Assembly: GCA_963707025.1 (NCBI GenBank)
Contig: CAVPOM010000003.1
Coordinates: 192,001-256,000 of the forward strand
DNA: 64,000 bases
Direction of reading: 5' to 3'
Origin: an uncultured Verrucomicrobiae bacterium
Lineage (GTDB): Bacteria; Verrucomicrobiota; Verrucomicrobiia; Limisphaerales; Palsa-1400
The notes below the pieces were generated by a model. The model searched no databases, was not told where the DNA came from, and worked only from the letters and a program-made list of their open reading frames with translations. This document shows positions 53,578-64,000 of this stretch, piece after piece. Made by a program: the position numbers and the translations under genes. Numbering within the stretch: position 1 is the stretch's first letter; each line of letters begins with the position of its first letter.

Positions 53578-56524
53578 CACAGCCATCCCACAGGAAATTG
53601 GAAAAAAGTGTTGGCTTGACCATTTGAACCTGCCACAAGGCAGGCATGAAAAACAAAAAAATCAAACCAACACGGTCCCGGTTTAACGTTTTGCGCCAGA
53701 TTTGCAATCTCATTCCTGCGCATGAAGTCTCCAAAATAGCGCGGGAGACCGGGCTCTGGATAAGTCGCGCACCTTCAGTCCGTGGAGTCACACGGTCAGT
53801 TTGCTGGACGCGCAACTCACCCATTGCATCGGACTCAACGATCTGTGCGACTCGCTGCAATTGCATTCCGGGCCGCTGTCCACTTTGCGCGGCGCCAGCG
53901 CCCCCAGCCGCAACGGCCTCTCCCACGCCAACCGGGAGCGTCCGGCCCAGATGGCCGAACAACTCTTCTGGCGGGTCCTGGAGCATTTGAAAGCACAGAC
54001 GCCCGGCTTTGCCGCGGGCCAGCGCCGTGGCCCCGCCTTCCGTTTCAAGATGCCCATCCATGTGATTGATAGCACGACCATGGAACTGGTGGCCAACTGC
54101 CTGGACTGGGCCAAGCACCGCCGGCGCAAGGCCTGAGCTGGACCCCTATTTTTAGACCACAGGTAAGTTTCGATTTTTGCCGGTTTGCTGTAGATAAGAA
54201 AGAGCAGACTTATGAAAGCAAAATGGAAAAGACACAGTGCGGCCTTCAAGGCCAAAGTGGGATTCGAAGCCCTGGTGGGGCTGAAGACGGTCGCGCAATT
54301 GGCGCGAGAGTATGCGGTGCATCCGGCGCAGGTCACGCAGTGGCGGGCGACGATTCGGGATCACATGCCCGAATTGTTTGAGCCCGGGCAACCCCGCACG
54401 GAGGATCAGGAACAGTTGATTGCCCAACTGCATGAGAAGATTGGCCAACTGACGGTGGACTTGGACTGGCTTAAAAAAAAGTCCAGGCAACTGGGGCTTT
54501 AACATGTTTAATCGCTCCCGATCCGCAGCTCAGCGTGCGGCGCCAGTGCGAGCTGCTGGCGGTGTGCCGTGGCAGTTATTATTACCAGTGCTGTCCGGAG
54601 ACAGAGGAGAACCTGGCGCTGATGCGGCGGTTGGACCAGATGCATTTGGACCACCCGGTTTATGGCAGCCGCAAACTGACCGTGCTGTTGCGCCGGGAGG
54701 GTTTGACCATCAATCGCAAACGGGTGGTGCGGCTGCTGCGGTTGATGGGGATCGAGGCGATTTACGCCAAGCCCAAGACGAGTCTGCGGGAGATGGGGCA
54801 CCAGATTTATCCGTATCTGTTACGCAATTTGGCAGTGACGGGACCGGATCAGGTTTGGTGTTCGGACATTACGTATGTGCCTATGGCAACTGGGTTTATG
54901 TATTTGGTGGCGGTGATGGATTGGTGGAGTCGTTACGTGCTGGGATGGCGCTTGAGCAACACGTTGGAGGCGGACTTTTGTGTGGACGCTTGGGAGGCGG
55001 CGTTGCGGGCGGGGCGTCAGGCGCCGTTGATTTCCAATACCGACCAGGGATCGCAGTTCACCTCCCCGATGTTTATCAATGCGGTGGAATCGGCGGGGGT
55101 GGACGTGAGCATGGACGGACGGGGTCGCTGGATGGACAACCGGTTTATCGAGCGGCTGTGGCGGAGCGCCAAGTATGAGGACATTTATTTGCAAGACTAT
55201 GGCGACGGGTTGGCGGCAGGGCGCGGACTGGGCCGGTGGTTTGACGGCTACAACCGGGAACGACCGCACCAGGCGTTGGGCTATGCGACGCCGGCGGACG
55301 CGTATTTTGATCCCGGCACGCATGGAGCCCAACCGGCCAAATGGGAAGCGATGCAACCTGCCAGAGGCAGGAGCGATCGCAGCACTTGACAGAGAGGCAG
55401 GCGGCAGGAAAAGGCTTGAAATCAGACCGCCTGCGGCGGTAGAGTTGAGAACCCTAAGAAAACGGAGAGGGAGGACGGGCAGTGCTCCGCATCGCTCGTT
55501 CTCTCTTTTCGAAAGGGTTTTGAAACACGGAATGAACAGTAGTCAACTACAATTAGTAATGACAGCAATCGGCAAAAGTCGCGCTTATTTCATGCGCTCC
55601 GTGGTCTAAAGGATGGGGTCCACCTCAGCCGCCGCCAAAACCCATATGCGGTTGAATCTGCAGAATCTTTTGCCCGGTTTTGTCATTGTGGACACTGCCG
55701 CCGAGCACGACAACCGACGGGCGCGGGAACTGTGCGCCGACTTGAAGAGCGGCGAAATCGCCTTGTTCGACAAGGGTTATGTGGACTTCGGCCACTTGCG
55801 GGATTTGGACGGGCGCGGGGTCTTTTGGGTGACGCGGGCCAAGGAGAACATGGGCTATGAGGTGGTGCGGAAAATGCCCGCCTCCAGAGACCCGAAGATT
55901 TTGCGCGACGAAGTGATCGTCCTGAGCAACGAGAACAAACCCGCGCCGGAGTTGATGCGCCGGGTGGTGGCGCTGGTCGAGATTGATGGAGAGGAACGGG
56001 AAATGACCTTCCTGACCAACAACCTGGAGTGGAGTCCGCGCAGCGTGGCCGACCTTTACCGCTGCCGCTGGCAGATCGAAGTCTTCTTCAAACAAATCAA
56101 GCAGACCTTGCAGTTGGCGGATTTTCTGGGCCACAACGCCAACGCCGTGCGCTGGCAGGTGTGGACGGCGCTGTTGACCTACGTGCTGTTGCGCTACCTC
56201 AGTCACCTCTCCAACTGGGCGCACAGCTTCACCCGGCTGTTCACGATTTTGCGGGCGGCGCTCTGGGAGAAATATGATCTGCTCAATTTGCTGGCGTGCT
56301 ATGGGACAGCAGGCGGCAGCTTTCGCCACTTGGCGCGGCCCGAGCAGGCGTATTTCCCCGGCTTCCAATAAAGCTATGGGACAGCACACGCGCCCAAACA
56401 GGCGCATACCACACCCAAAAGCCAAACTCGGAAAAATCAAAATCTCATTTTACCCCGAAGACCAATTAAACCCTTGCAAATGAACAGGTCAGCACCAGAC
56501 TTTTCCCCTTATGAGACGGGTGTG
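53578..56524 (+). mobile_element. IS4-family element (~1450 bp without the nested IS3), 9-bp TSD TTTCCATTA
   Basis: Imperfect TIRs CACAGCCATCCCACAGG / CACACCCGTCTCATAAG; DDE transposase 53646-56371 (IDST, FDKGY, YRCRWQIEVFFK) with a frameshift at ~53755. Confidence 0.85.
54134..55627 (+). mobile_element. IS3-family element, copy 2 (1494 bp, TSD GCC)
   Basis: orfA 54212-54502, A8G slippery site at 54473-54481, orfB in the -1 frame ending at 55389. Confidence 0.95.
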
Positions 56525-57243
56525 TTTCCATTATTTTCGGAAAATGAACTGAAATCTCGCTTTCCAAAAGGCTACGCTTATCTCAAATCCAAAAAGGCCG
56601 CGCTACAAAAACGCAGACAATATGCCCAATGGTTTTCGTTCAGTGCTCCGCGCAACTTGGTTTTGCACGATCAGGCCCAAATCGCAGTTCCGTTGCTGGC
56701 AAATCGTGGGCTTTGCGCCTTGATTCCCAAAAGTATGCGCGGCAATGTTTGTCCAATGGCAAGTGGCGGCTTTACAATTACCCTCTCACGGGAATGCAAG
56801 TTCAAGCCGGAGTATGTGCTGGGTCTCCTCAATTCGCGTTTGTTGTTTTGGAAACTCCAAAAAAGCAGCAATGTTTTTCGCGGGGGCTGGATTACTTGCA
56901 CCAAGCAATATTTCGGCGAACTGCCGATTGCCGTTCCAGATAAACCGCAACATGATGCTGTTGTGGCAAAGGTGGAACAAATGCTTGAAGCGAAAAGGCA
57001 TTTGTCCGCCGCCCTGACTGACGGCGACAGGGATTTTTATACCAATAAATGCGACACGCTTGACCGCCAGATTGACTTGCTGGTTTATGATCTTTACGGC
57101 CTGTCCAGCGAGGAGATCAAAATCGTGGAGGGCGAAAAAGCAATGCCAGGCCGCGTTTGAGGGCGCGCGCTTCCACCTCTTCCAAAATGGCCCCTGCCGC
57201 GATAAAAATCCGGAAATCCCTTCCCCGGCATTTTTTCTTATTC

Positions 57244-58992
57244 ATGGTCGGGCTGATATTTGCTCGACGAGGCAATGATACGGAACATAGCCATCGCCCG
57301 GCGCTCAAATCGCTGCTGGAAGCGCTTGATCCCCGCGTGGTCGTCCCCAACAAACCCAAACGCATTGAATGCGGCGCGACTGACCTGGTCATTACCCGCA
57401 AAAAAGACGCTCTGTTGCTCGGACACCTTGAGGTGGACCCCATCCTTTAGACCACGGAGCGCATGAAATAAGCGCGACTTTTGCCGATTGCTGTCATTAC
57501 TAATTGTAGTTGACTACTGTTCATTCCGTGTTTCAAAACCCTTTCGAAAAGAGAGAACGAGCGATGCGGAGCACTGCCCGTCCTCCCTCTCCGTTTTCTT
57601 AGGGTTCTCAACTCTACCGCCGCAGGCGGTCTGATTTCAAGCCTTTTCCTGCCGCCTGCCTCTCTGTCAAGTGCTGCGATCGCTCCTGCCTCTGGCAGGT
57701 TGCATCGCTTCCCATTTGGCCGGTTGGGCTCCATGCGTGCCGGGATCAAAATACGCGTCCGCCGGCGTCGCATAGCCCAACGCCTGGTGCGGTCGTTCCC
57801 GGTTGTAGCCGTCAAACCACCGGCCCAGTCCGCGCCCTGCCGCCAACCCGTCGCCATAGTCTTGCAAATAAATGTCCTCATACTTGGCGCTCCGCCACAG
57901 CCGCTCGATAAACCGGTTGTCCATCCAGCGACCCCGTCCGTCCATGCTCACGTCCACCCCCGCCGATTCCACCGCATCGATAAACATCGGGGAGGTGAAC
58001 TGCGATCCCTGGTCGGTATTGGAAATCAACGGCGCCTGACGCCCCGCCCGCAACGCCGCCTCCCAAGCGTCCACACAAAAGTCCGCCTCCAACGTGTTGC
58101 TCAAGCGCCATCCCAGCACGTAACGACTCCACCAATCCATCACCGCCACCAAATACATAAACCCAGTTGCCATAGGCACATACGTAATGTCCGAACACCA
58201 AACCTGATCCGGTCCCGTCACTGCCAAATTGCGTAACAGATACGGATAAATCTGGTGCCCCATCTCCCGCAGACTCGTCTTGGGCTTGGCGTAAATCGCC
58301 TCGATCCCCATCAACCGCAGCAGCCGCACCACCCGTTTGCGATTGATGGTCAAACCCTCCCGGCGCAACAGCACGGTCAGTTTGCGGCTGCCATAAACCG
58401 GGTGGTCCAAATGCATCTGGTCCAACCGCCGCATCAGCGCCAGGTTCTCCTCTGTCTCCGGACAGCACTGGTAATAATAACTGCCACGGCACACCGCCAG
58501 CAGCTCGCACTGGCGCCGCACGCTGAGCTGCGGATCGGGAGCGATTAAACATGTTAAAGCCCCAGTTGCCTGGACTTTTTTTTAAGCCAGTCCAAGTCCA
58601 CCGTCAGTTGGCCAATCTTCTCATGCAGTTGGGCAATCAACTGTTCCTGATCCTCCGTGCGGGGTTGCCCGGGCTCAAACAATTCGGGCATGTGATCCCG
58701 AATCGTCGCCCGCCACTGCGTGACCTGCGCCGGATGCACCGCATACTCTCGCGCCAATTGCGCGACCGTCTTCAGCCCCACCAGGGCTTCGAATCCCACT
58801 TTGGCCTTGAAGGCCGCACTGTGTCTTTTCCGTTTTGCTTTCATAAGTCTGCTCTTTCTTATCTACAGCAAACCGGCAAAAATCGAAACTTACCTGTGGT
58901 CTAAAAATAGGGGTCCAGCTCACCTTGAAGCCAAGGACATCGGCGTTTCGCTCAACCAAGCCAAAGGATCGGGATATAAAATATGGAATTGA
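57244..58992 (+). pseudogene. N-terminal remnant of a Type ISP/IIG-like restriction enzyme, split by IS3
   Basis: GNDTEHSHRPALKSLLE..PKRIECGA.D..GHL|EAKDIG.SL; stop codon soon after. Confidence 0.6.
57429..58922 (-). mobile_element. IS3-family element, copy 3 (1494 bp, TSD CCT, apparently intact)
   Basis: TIRs; orfA 58554-58844, orfB 57667-58521. Confidence 0.95.
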
Positions 58993-59210
58993 ACTGGAAT
59001 ACACTCCATATTTTATCCCGGGAGGAAATTTGCTGGGGTGCATGTGTGTCCGTGAAATTCGCCGGCAAATCGTGGGAAGAATTGGAATTGTGGCTTCAAG
59101 TGTTGCTGGCTTATTCCGTTGATTTACGGTCAAAGGGGAAGTTTATGCTCAACGGTGGATCATGCATACCTTCGGATGTGGGCCTTGCAAGGCGTAGAGT
59201 CAATAAGTAG
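58983..59210 (+). CDS. Possible small hypothetical protein
   Basis: 75-aa ATG ORF in lower-GC sequence. Confidence 0.3.
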   Translation: MELNWNTLHILSREEICWGACVSVKFAGKSWEELELWLQVLLAYSVDLRSKGKFMLNGGSCIPSDVGLARRRVNK

Positions 59211-59263
59211 AATGGAATCGAAATTATGATGGCCGCTGTTCGAGAGTCAGGAATTGTAAAGGG

Positions 59264-59854
59264 GTTAACGGTATTGTAATATACCTCCAAGAGACCATCA
59301 TCCCCTTCGCCGAGACTGAGCGTGTGATTCCCCTTGTCAGAGCTACGCCTCAAACGCCAGACTCGCCGAAGCCCCTGGTATCGGCCTGGTCGGGAAGTCG
59401 CTGAAGATCCCTTTACGACGGAGTCTCGGCCTTCCGCGAAGCCCTCGGCCACTACGTGCCCAAGCAAGAAGTGCAAAGGAAGCTCCCGGAACTCCACGCC
59501 ATGAACGACCTCGTCCTCGAAGCGCAAAAGGAAGAAGAGGCGCTGGAAGCCGCCGAGGCCGCTCAGGAGGCGGTTGATGGGCAAAAGGAGGGAGAGGCCG
59601 TCCAGCAGATCATGGCCAGCATCGAAGGGGCCAATGACACGGAGCAACTCATCGAAGACCTGACCGATCTGATGAAGGGCCGTAAGTTGGATGTAACAAA
59701 ATGTAACGGGGTGTAACGGGGGCAGATTTTGTAAACCGTTGATAATCAACAACTGTAACGGTGTAACGCGTGTAGCGCACCTCACCCTGCCTGCAAGTCA
59801 AAGCGGTCAAACAATAGCTTTGTCCCATAGAAGGTCGAACATCCTCGAAATCAA
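59264..59854 (+). repeat. 591-bp tandem duplication, copy 1
   Basis: Matches 59914-60504; acidic helical ORF fragment plus TGTAAC repeats. Confidence 0.9.
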
Positions 59855-59913
59855 TGCCGGTGTCAATGCCGGTGTCAGTCCTAACTATTGACACTTTTTG
59901 CACAAAGGGTTCA

Positions 59914-60504
59914 GTTAACGGTATTGTAATATACCTCCAAGAGACCATCATCCCCTTCGCCGAGACTGAGCGTTTGATTCCCCTTGTCAGAGCTACGCCT
60001 CAAACGCCAGACTCGCCGAAGCCCCTGGTATCGGCCTGGTCGGGAAGTCGCTGAAGATCCCTTTACGAAGGAGTCTCGGCCTTCCGCGAAGCCCTCCGCC
60101 ACTACGTGCCCAAGCAAGAAGTGCAAAGGAAGCTCCCAGAACTCCACGGCATGAACGACCGCGCCCTCGATGCGCAAAAGGAAAAAGAGGCGCTGGCAGC
60201 CGCCAAGGCCGCTCAGGAGGTGGTTGATGGGCAAAACGAGGCACAAGCCGTAGAAAAGATCATGGACAGCATCGAAGGGGCCAATGACAGGGAGCAACTC
60301 ATCGAAGACCTGACCGATCTGATGAAGGGCCGTAAGTTGGATGTAACAAAATGTAACGGGGTGTAACGGGGGCAGATTTTGTAAACCGTTGATAATCAAC
60401 AACTGTAACGGTGTAACGCGTGTAGCGCACCTCACCCTGCCTGCAAGTCAAAGCGGTCAAACAATAGCTTTGTCCCATAGAAGGTCGAACATCCTCGAAA
60501 TCAA
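59914..60504 (+). repeat. 591-bp tandem duplication, copy 2
   Basis: Matches 59264-59854. Confidence 0.9.
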
Positions 60505-60578
60505 GGACTTATAAACGGCTCGAAACGGGTCCGCCATCATCGCCACCACTCCATCACTCCACCACCCCATCACTCCCT

Positions 60579-61196
60579 TTACCGGTAAATGTCCACCAGG
60601 AACACCACGGCGTCGCCCTTGCCGATGTTGATGATGGCGTGCTGCACGTCGGCGCGATAATTGACAGAATCCCCGCGATCCAACTCTTCGCTGTCCCCGC
60701 CGGATTCCACCCGGACCCGGCCTTTCTGCACGGCCAAAAACTCGCGGGTGCCTTCAAAATGGGCCGCGCTGCGCAAAGCCCCTCCTTCCCGCAGTTGCAC
60801 TTCATAGAATTCGACATCCTTTTCCAGATGGAGAGGGGACAGGGTGCGAATGCGGCAATCCTGGTCGGACCGATAGTCGTAGGCATGGTCGCTGGCGCGG
60901 ATGACGATCAAGGACGACATGGCGCCGGGAGATTGGACCAATTCGGCCAGGCTCATGCCAAACGCGCTGGCTATGCGCGAGGCGACCGCCAGGGTGGGGT
61001 TGGCCCGGTTGCGCTCCACCTGGCTCAACATGGAGCGGCTGACTCCCGAGGCGCTGGCCAGCACGTCCAGCGACCAGCCGCGCTCGTCGCGCAATTCTTT
61101 CACGTGGCAGCCCAGCAGGTTGGCCGCCGCCTCGGCGCTACTGGCGGTGGGGGAGGGTTTGGGCTTGCTTTTTGCAGAGGGAGGGATGGGGGCCAT
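60579..61196 (-). CDS. XRE-family HTH + cupin transcriptional regulator
   Basis: WSL..LA..SGVSRSMLSQVER..ANPT; H..GTREFL.V..G cupin. Confidence 0.9.
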   Translation of the reverse strand: MAPIPPSAKSKPKPSPTASSAEAAANLLGCHVKELRDERGWSLDVLASASGVSRSMLSQVERNRANPTLAVASRIASAFGMSLAELVQSPGAMSSLIVIRASDHAYDYRSDQDCRIRTLSPLHLEKDVEFYEVQLREGGALRSAAHFEGTREFLAVQKGRVRVESGGDSEELDRGDSVNYRADVQHAIINIGKGDAVVFLVDIYR

Positions 61197-61340
61197 ATTG
61201 AAAATATTGCCATGACGGCTTTTCTCCGGAGCTTATGCTGGCATGATCTTTTGGTACTACAGTTTATTGCCCGCGAAGTCAAACCTATTGCGAACCGTGG
61301 CGCGGCCCTGGGCGCATTTCCTTCTTTCCCTGTCTGCCCC

Positions 61341-61376
61341 TAATCCCAATCTTAATCCTAATCTTAATCTTAATCA
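61341..61376. repeat. Hexamer tandem repeat (TAATCY-like x6) at the waaA stop
   Basis: taatcc caatct taatcc taatct taatct taatca. Confidence 0.75.
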
Positions 61377-62681
61377 GAACACGCCCGCGCCGGTTTGCAA
61401 AATCATTTCCACGGTGCGGCTCGTGGCGCCCAGGTTGTTCTGAAAAACTTGCCGGGCGCACTCGCCCAGGCGGGCGCGCCGGGTGTCGTCGGCCAGCAAT
61501 TGGGCCAAGGTCTGCTCCAGTTCCGCCGCCGTCTGCACCTGGATCGCCCCCTGCGCGGCCAGGAAGGACTGGGCGACGGCGGTGAAATTCTGCATGTTCG
61601 GCCCGAAGACCATTGCTTTGGCCAGCGCCGCCGGTTCGATGGGATTTTGTCCGCCGCGCGCCGTCAGGCTTTTGCCCACAAAGACCAGGGAAGCCTGTTC
61701 ATAGAAGGACTTGAGTTCCCCGGTGCTGTTGACCAGGAGGCATTGCACCTGGCCGGGCGGCAGGGCCGTCTGCGGCGTGATGTCGGAGCGGCGGACGAAT
61801 TTGACGCCGCGCGCCTCCAGTTCCTGGCCCACCGCCCCGGCGCGCTCAAAATGGCGCGGCACCAGGATGAGAAACAAATCGGGGAACCGCAGGCGCAGGC
61901 GCGGCAGCATTTCCGCCAGGACGGCCTCCTCCCCGGCGTGGGTGCTGCCGGCCACCAGCAGGCGTGCCTTATTATTGACACCAATTTGGCGCAGCAATCC
62001 GGGCACGTCCGGCCCGGAATGCTCGTCCGGTTTGGCGGCGTCGAACTTCAAATTTCCCGTCACCCGCATGGCGGCGGCCGGGAAACCCAGTTGCGCCAGG
62101 CGGCCGGCCTCGCCGGCGGACTGGCAGCCCACGCCGCGGAATTGGGCGAAAATGGGCCGGAACAAAAAGCCGAAGCGGCGGTAGCCGCGCAGGGAGCGGT
62201 CGGAGACGCGGGCGTTGACCAGGAAGACCGGCGTCCCCCGGTCCTGCGCCTGCCAGAGCAAATTGGGCCACAGTTCCGATTCCACCAGGATGAGGGCGCG
62301 CGGCCGGATGGCGTCCAGGGCGCGCCGGACGACGCCGGCCAAATTGGCCGGATAATAGAATCGGGCCACATGGGCGGGCAGGCGCCGTTGCAGCTCGCCC
62401 ATCCCGGTGGAAGTGGTGGTGGAAACGGCGAAGCGCCAACCCGGCAGCCGCGGTTCCAGTTGGCCGAGCAATTGCAAACAAACGCCCGCCTCGCCCACGC
62501 TGACCGCGTGCAGCCAGAGGACCGGGCCTCCCGCCAGGGCGGCTTTGAATTCCGGGGTGTAGCGGCCAAAGCGCTCCCCCAATCCGGCCCGCCAATTGCC
62601 GCGCCGCCACATCTTGCCAAAATAGTAAGGCGCGCTCAGCCAGAAAAAAATCACGAACAGAATGTTGTAGGCAGTTCGCAT
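61374..62681 (-). CDS. waaA: 3-deoxy-D-manno-octulosonic acid (Kdo) transferase
   Basis: WLHAVSVGE, ESELWPN, NAR.SDRS, GNLKFD, AGSTH, PRHFER, GGQNPIEPA. Confidence 0.95.
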   Translation of the reverse strand: MRTAYNILFVIFFWLSAPYYFGKMWRRGNWRAGLGERFGRYTPEFKAALAGGPVLWLHAVSVGEAGVCLQLLGQLEPRLPGWRFAVSTTTSTGMGELQRRLPAHVARFYYPANLAGVVRRALDAIRPRALILVESELWPNLLWQAQDRGTPVFLVNARVSDRSLRGYRRFGFLFRPIFAQFRGVGCQSAGEAGRLAQLGFPAAAMRVTGNLKFDAAKPDEHSGPDVPGLLRQIGVNNKARLLVAGSTHAGEEAVLAEMLPRLRLRFPDLFLILVPRHFERAGAVGQELEARGVKFVRRSDITPQTALPPGQVQCLLVNSTGELKSFYEQASLVFVGKSLTARGGQNPIEPAALAKAMVFGPNMQNFTAVAQSFLAAQGAIQVQTAAELEQTLAQLLADDTRRARLGECARQVFQNNLGATSRTVEMILQTGAGVF

Positions 62682-62684
62682 GTC

Positions 62685-63961
62685 TTACCGGAAAAAGACC
62701 AGCCACATCATTATTAGCAAAGGCAGCAGGATGGGCACAGTCCATTTTATCACGTAACCCAGGAATCCCGGCAGAGCCACTCCCTGCCGCTCGGCGATGG
62801 CTTTGACCATGAAATTCGGCCCGTTGCCGATGTAAGTGCAGCCGCCAAAAAAAACCGACGCCACGCTCAAGGCCGTCAAGGCAAGCTGCCCATGCCCGTG
62901 GGCGAGAATCTGCGCCAGATTGTCCGGCTCGCCCAGGGCCAGTCCCTGGACGCCCAGCCAGGCGCTGAGAAAGCTCAGATAGGCCGGCGCATTGTCCAGC
63001 AGGCTGGAGGAAATGCCGGAGCCCCAATAGAAAAGGGCGGGAGAAGGGCTGGCGCCCAGGCACGCGCGGGCGTTGCTTTGCAGCCAGTCCAGCGCGGGCA
63101 TCATGGTGGCGAAAATTCCCAGGAACAAAACCGCCACTTCCAGGATGGGATGGAAATCAAATTGATTGGCCTCATGCACCGCTTTGCGGGTGGTGAACCA
63201 GGAGGCGGCGGCGGCGGCCAGCATCACCCCTTCCCGCAGAAAAGGCGGTTGCGAAATAAAAACAGCCCCGAGAATCACCGCCAAAAAAACCAGGTTGCAA
63301 AGCCCTTGCACGCGCCAGGATTCGGGCGGCCGGGACGGCGGCGGGGGGGGGCGCGCCGGTCATGACGGCGATCCACAAAATAAAAAGCCGCCAGCAAGAA
63401 TCCCAGCCCGCAACTCCACATCGGCCAGCAGTGCTCCGCCACCCACCAAAATGGCACGCCCTTCAAGTAGCCCAGAAAAAGCGGGGGATTGCCGAAGGGG
63501 GCCAGGCAACCGCCGGCGTTGGAAACGATGAAAATGAAAAAAATCACATGGTGGCTGCCGGCACGCCGGCCATTGAGGCGCAGCCACGGCCGGATCAGCA
63601 GCAGGGACGCCCCCACCGTTCCTAAAACATTGGCCAGCAGCGCGCCCGCCAGCAGGAACACGACATTGGCCGGCGGCGTCGCTTCGCCTTGCACCGCAAG
63701 GTGGATGCCGCCGGAGACGACAAAGAGCGAACCGATCAGGGCGATGAATCCCAGGTAGTCCTGGCCCGCCCGGACGACGGTGGGCGCGGCGGCGGCCGGT
63801 AGAATCAGAAGATAATAGCCCACCGTAATCGCGCCCAGCGCCAGGACCGTTTTGCCATAATGATTCTCCCACCAGGGACGAAAGAGCAGCGGACCCAGGG
63901 CCATGGCGGCCAGCAGCAGCCCGAAGGGCAGAATCATCCATGGATTGGCTTGGTATCCCAC
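62685..63961 (-). CDS. Putative Na+/H+ antiporter / CitMHS-like transporter; frameshift at the G9 tract 63343-63351
   Basis: FIFIVSN.GG.L.P.G.PPLFLGYL.GV.F.W; SS.LDNAP.Y, YIGNGPNFMVKAIA; G10 restores the frame. Confidence 0.8.
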
Positions 63962-64000
63962 GCGTCAAGACTAGGCATGGCGTTGCATCGGTCAAACACA

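Larger units (their letters stand above)
51070..57160 (+). pseudogene. Type IIG (Eco57I/TaqI-like) restriction-modification enzyme interrupted by IS4 (which carries IS3)
   Basis: ADY..LVEAK nuclease, GVYYTP, DIACGSGSFL, GNPPY, TRD LGLLNS; 51070-53577 joined to 56534-57160 is in frame (~1044 aa). Confidence 0.9.

Noticed and set aside
31415..58922. Composite transposon or inversion between IS3 copies
   Set aside because: Each copy retains its own matching TSD pair and the interrupted genes rejoin colinearly
59821..59830. TGTCCCATAG matching the IS4 internal motif CTATGGGACA
   Set aside because: Only 10 bp with no partner end or TSD; may be chance

Overview
High-GC bacterial chromosome segment. 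The gene content (H-X9-DG prepilin protein, giant LamG/Ig proteins ending in YYQL/FYRL, GxxExxY gene, GTAG REP-like palindromes) suggests Verrucomicrobiota (Pedosphaera-like), which is inference. Housekeeping-type genes are glnE, an amidase, tdh-kbl, GH92 and waaA. They surround three accessory blocks. (1) A prepilin-like gene, a TPR-sulfotransferase and three paralogous giant secreted LamG-Ig-L-lectin proteins; the pilin and the three giant genes share an upstream promoter-like motif, and the giant genes also share near-identical C-terminal halves and 3' terminators. (2) A PAS/GAF two-component system, a PUR-family protein, an MTase-Mrr fusion and a Mu-like phage remnant. (3) A Type IIG R-M gene broken by an IS4-family element that itself carries an IS3. 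All three 1494-bp IS3 copies lie in R-M loci, each with a 3-bp TSD. About seven 1-2 nt indels in otherwise intact genes suggest long-read assembly errors. No rRNA, tRNA or CRISPR array was seen.
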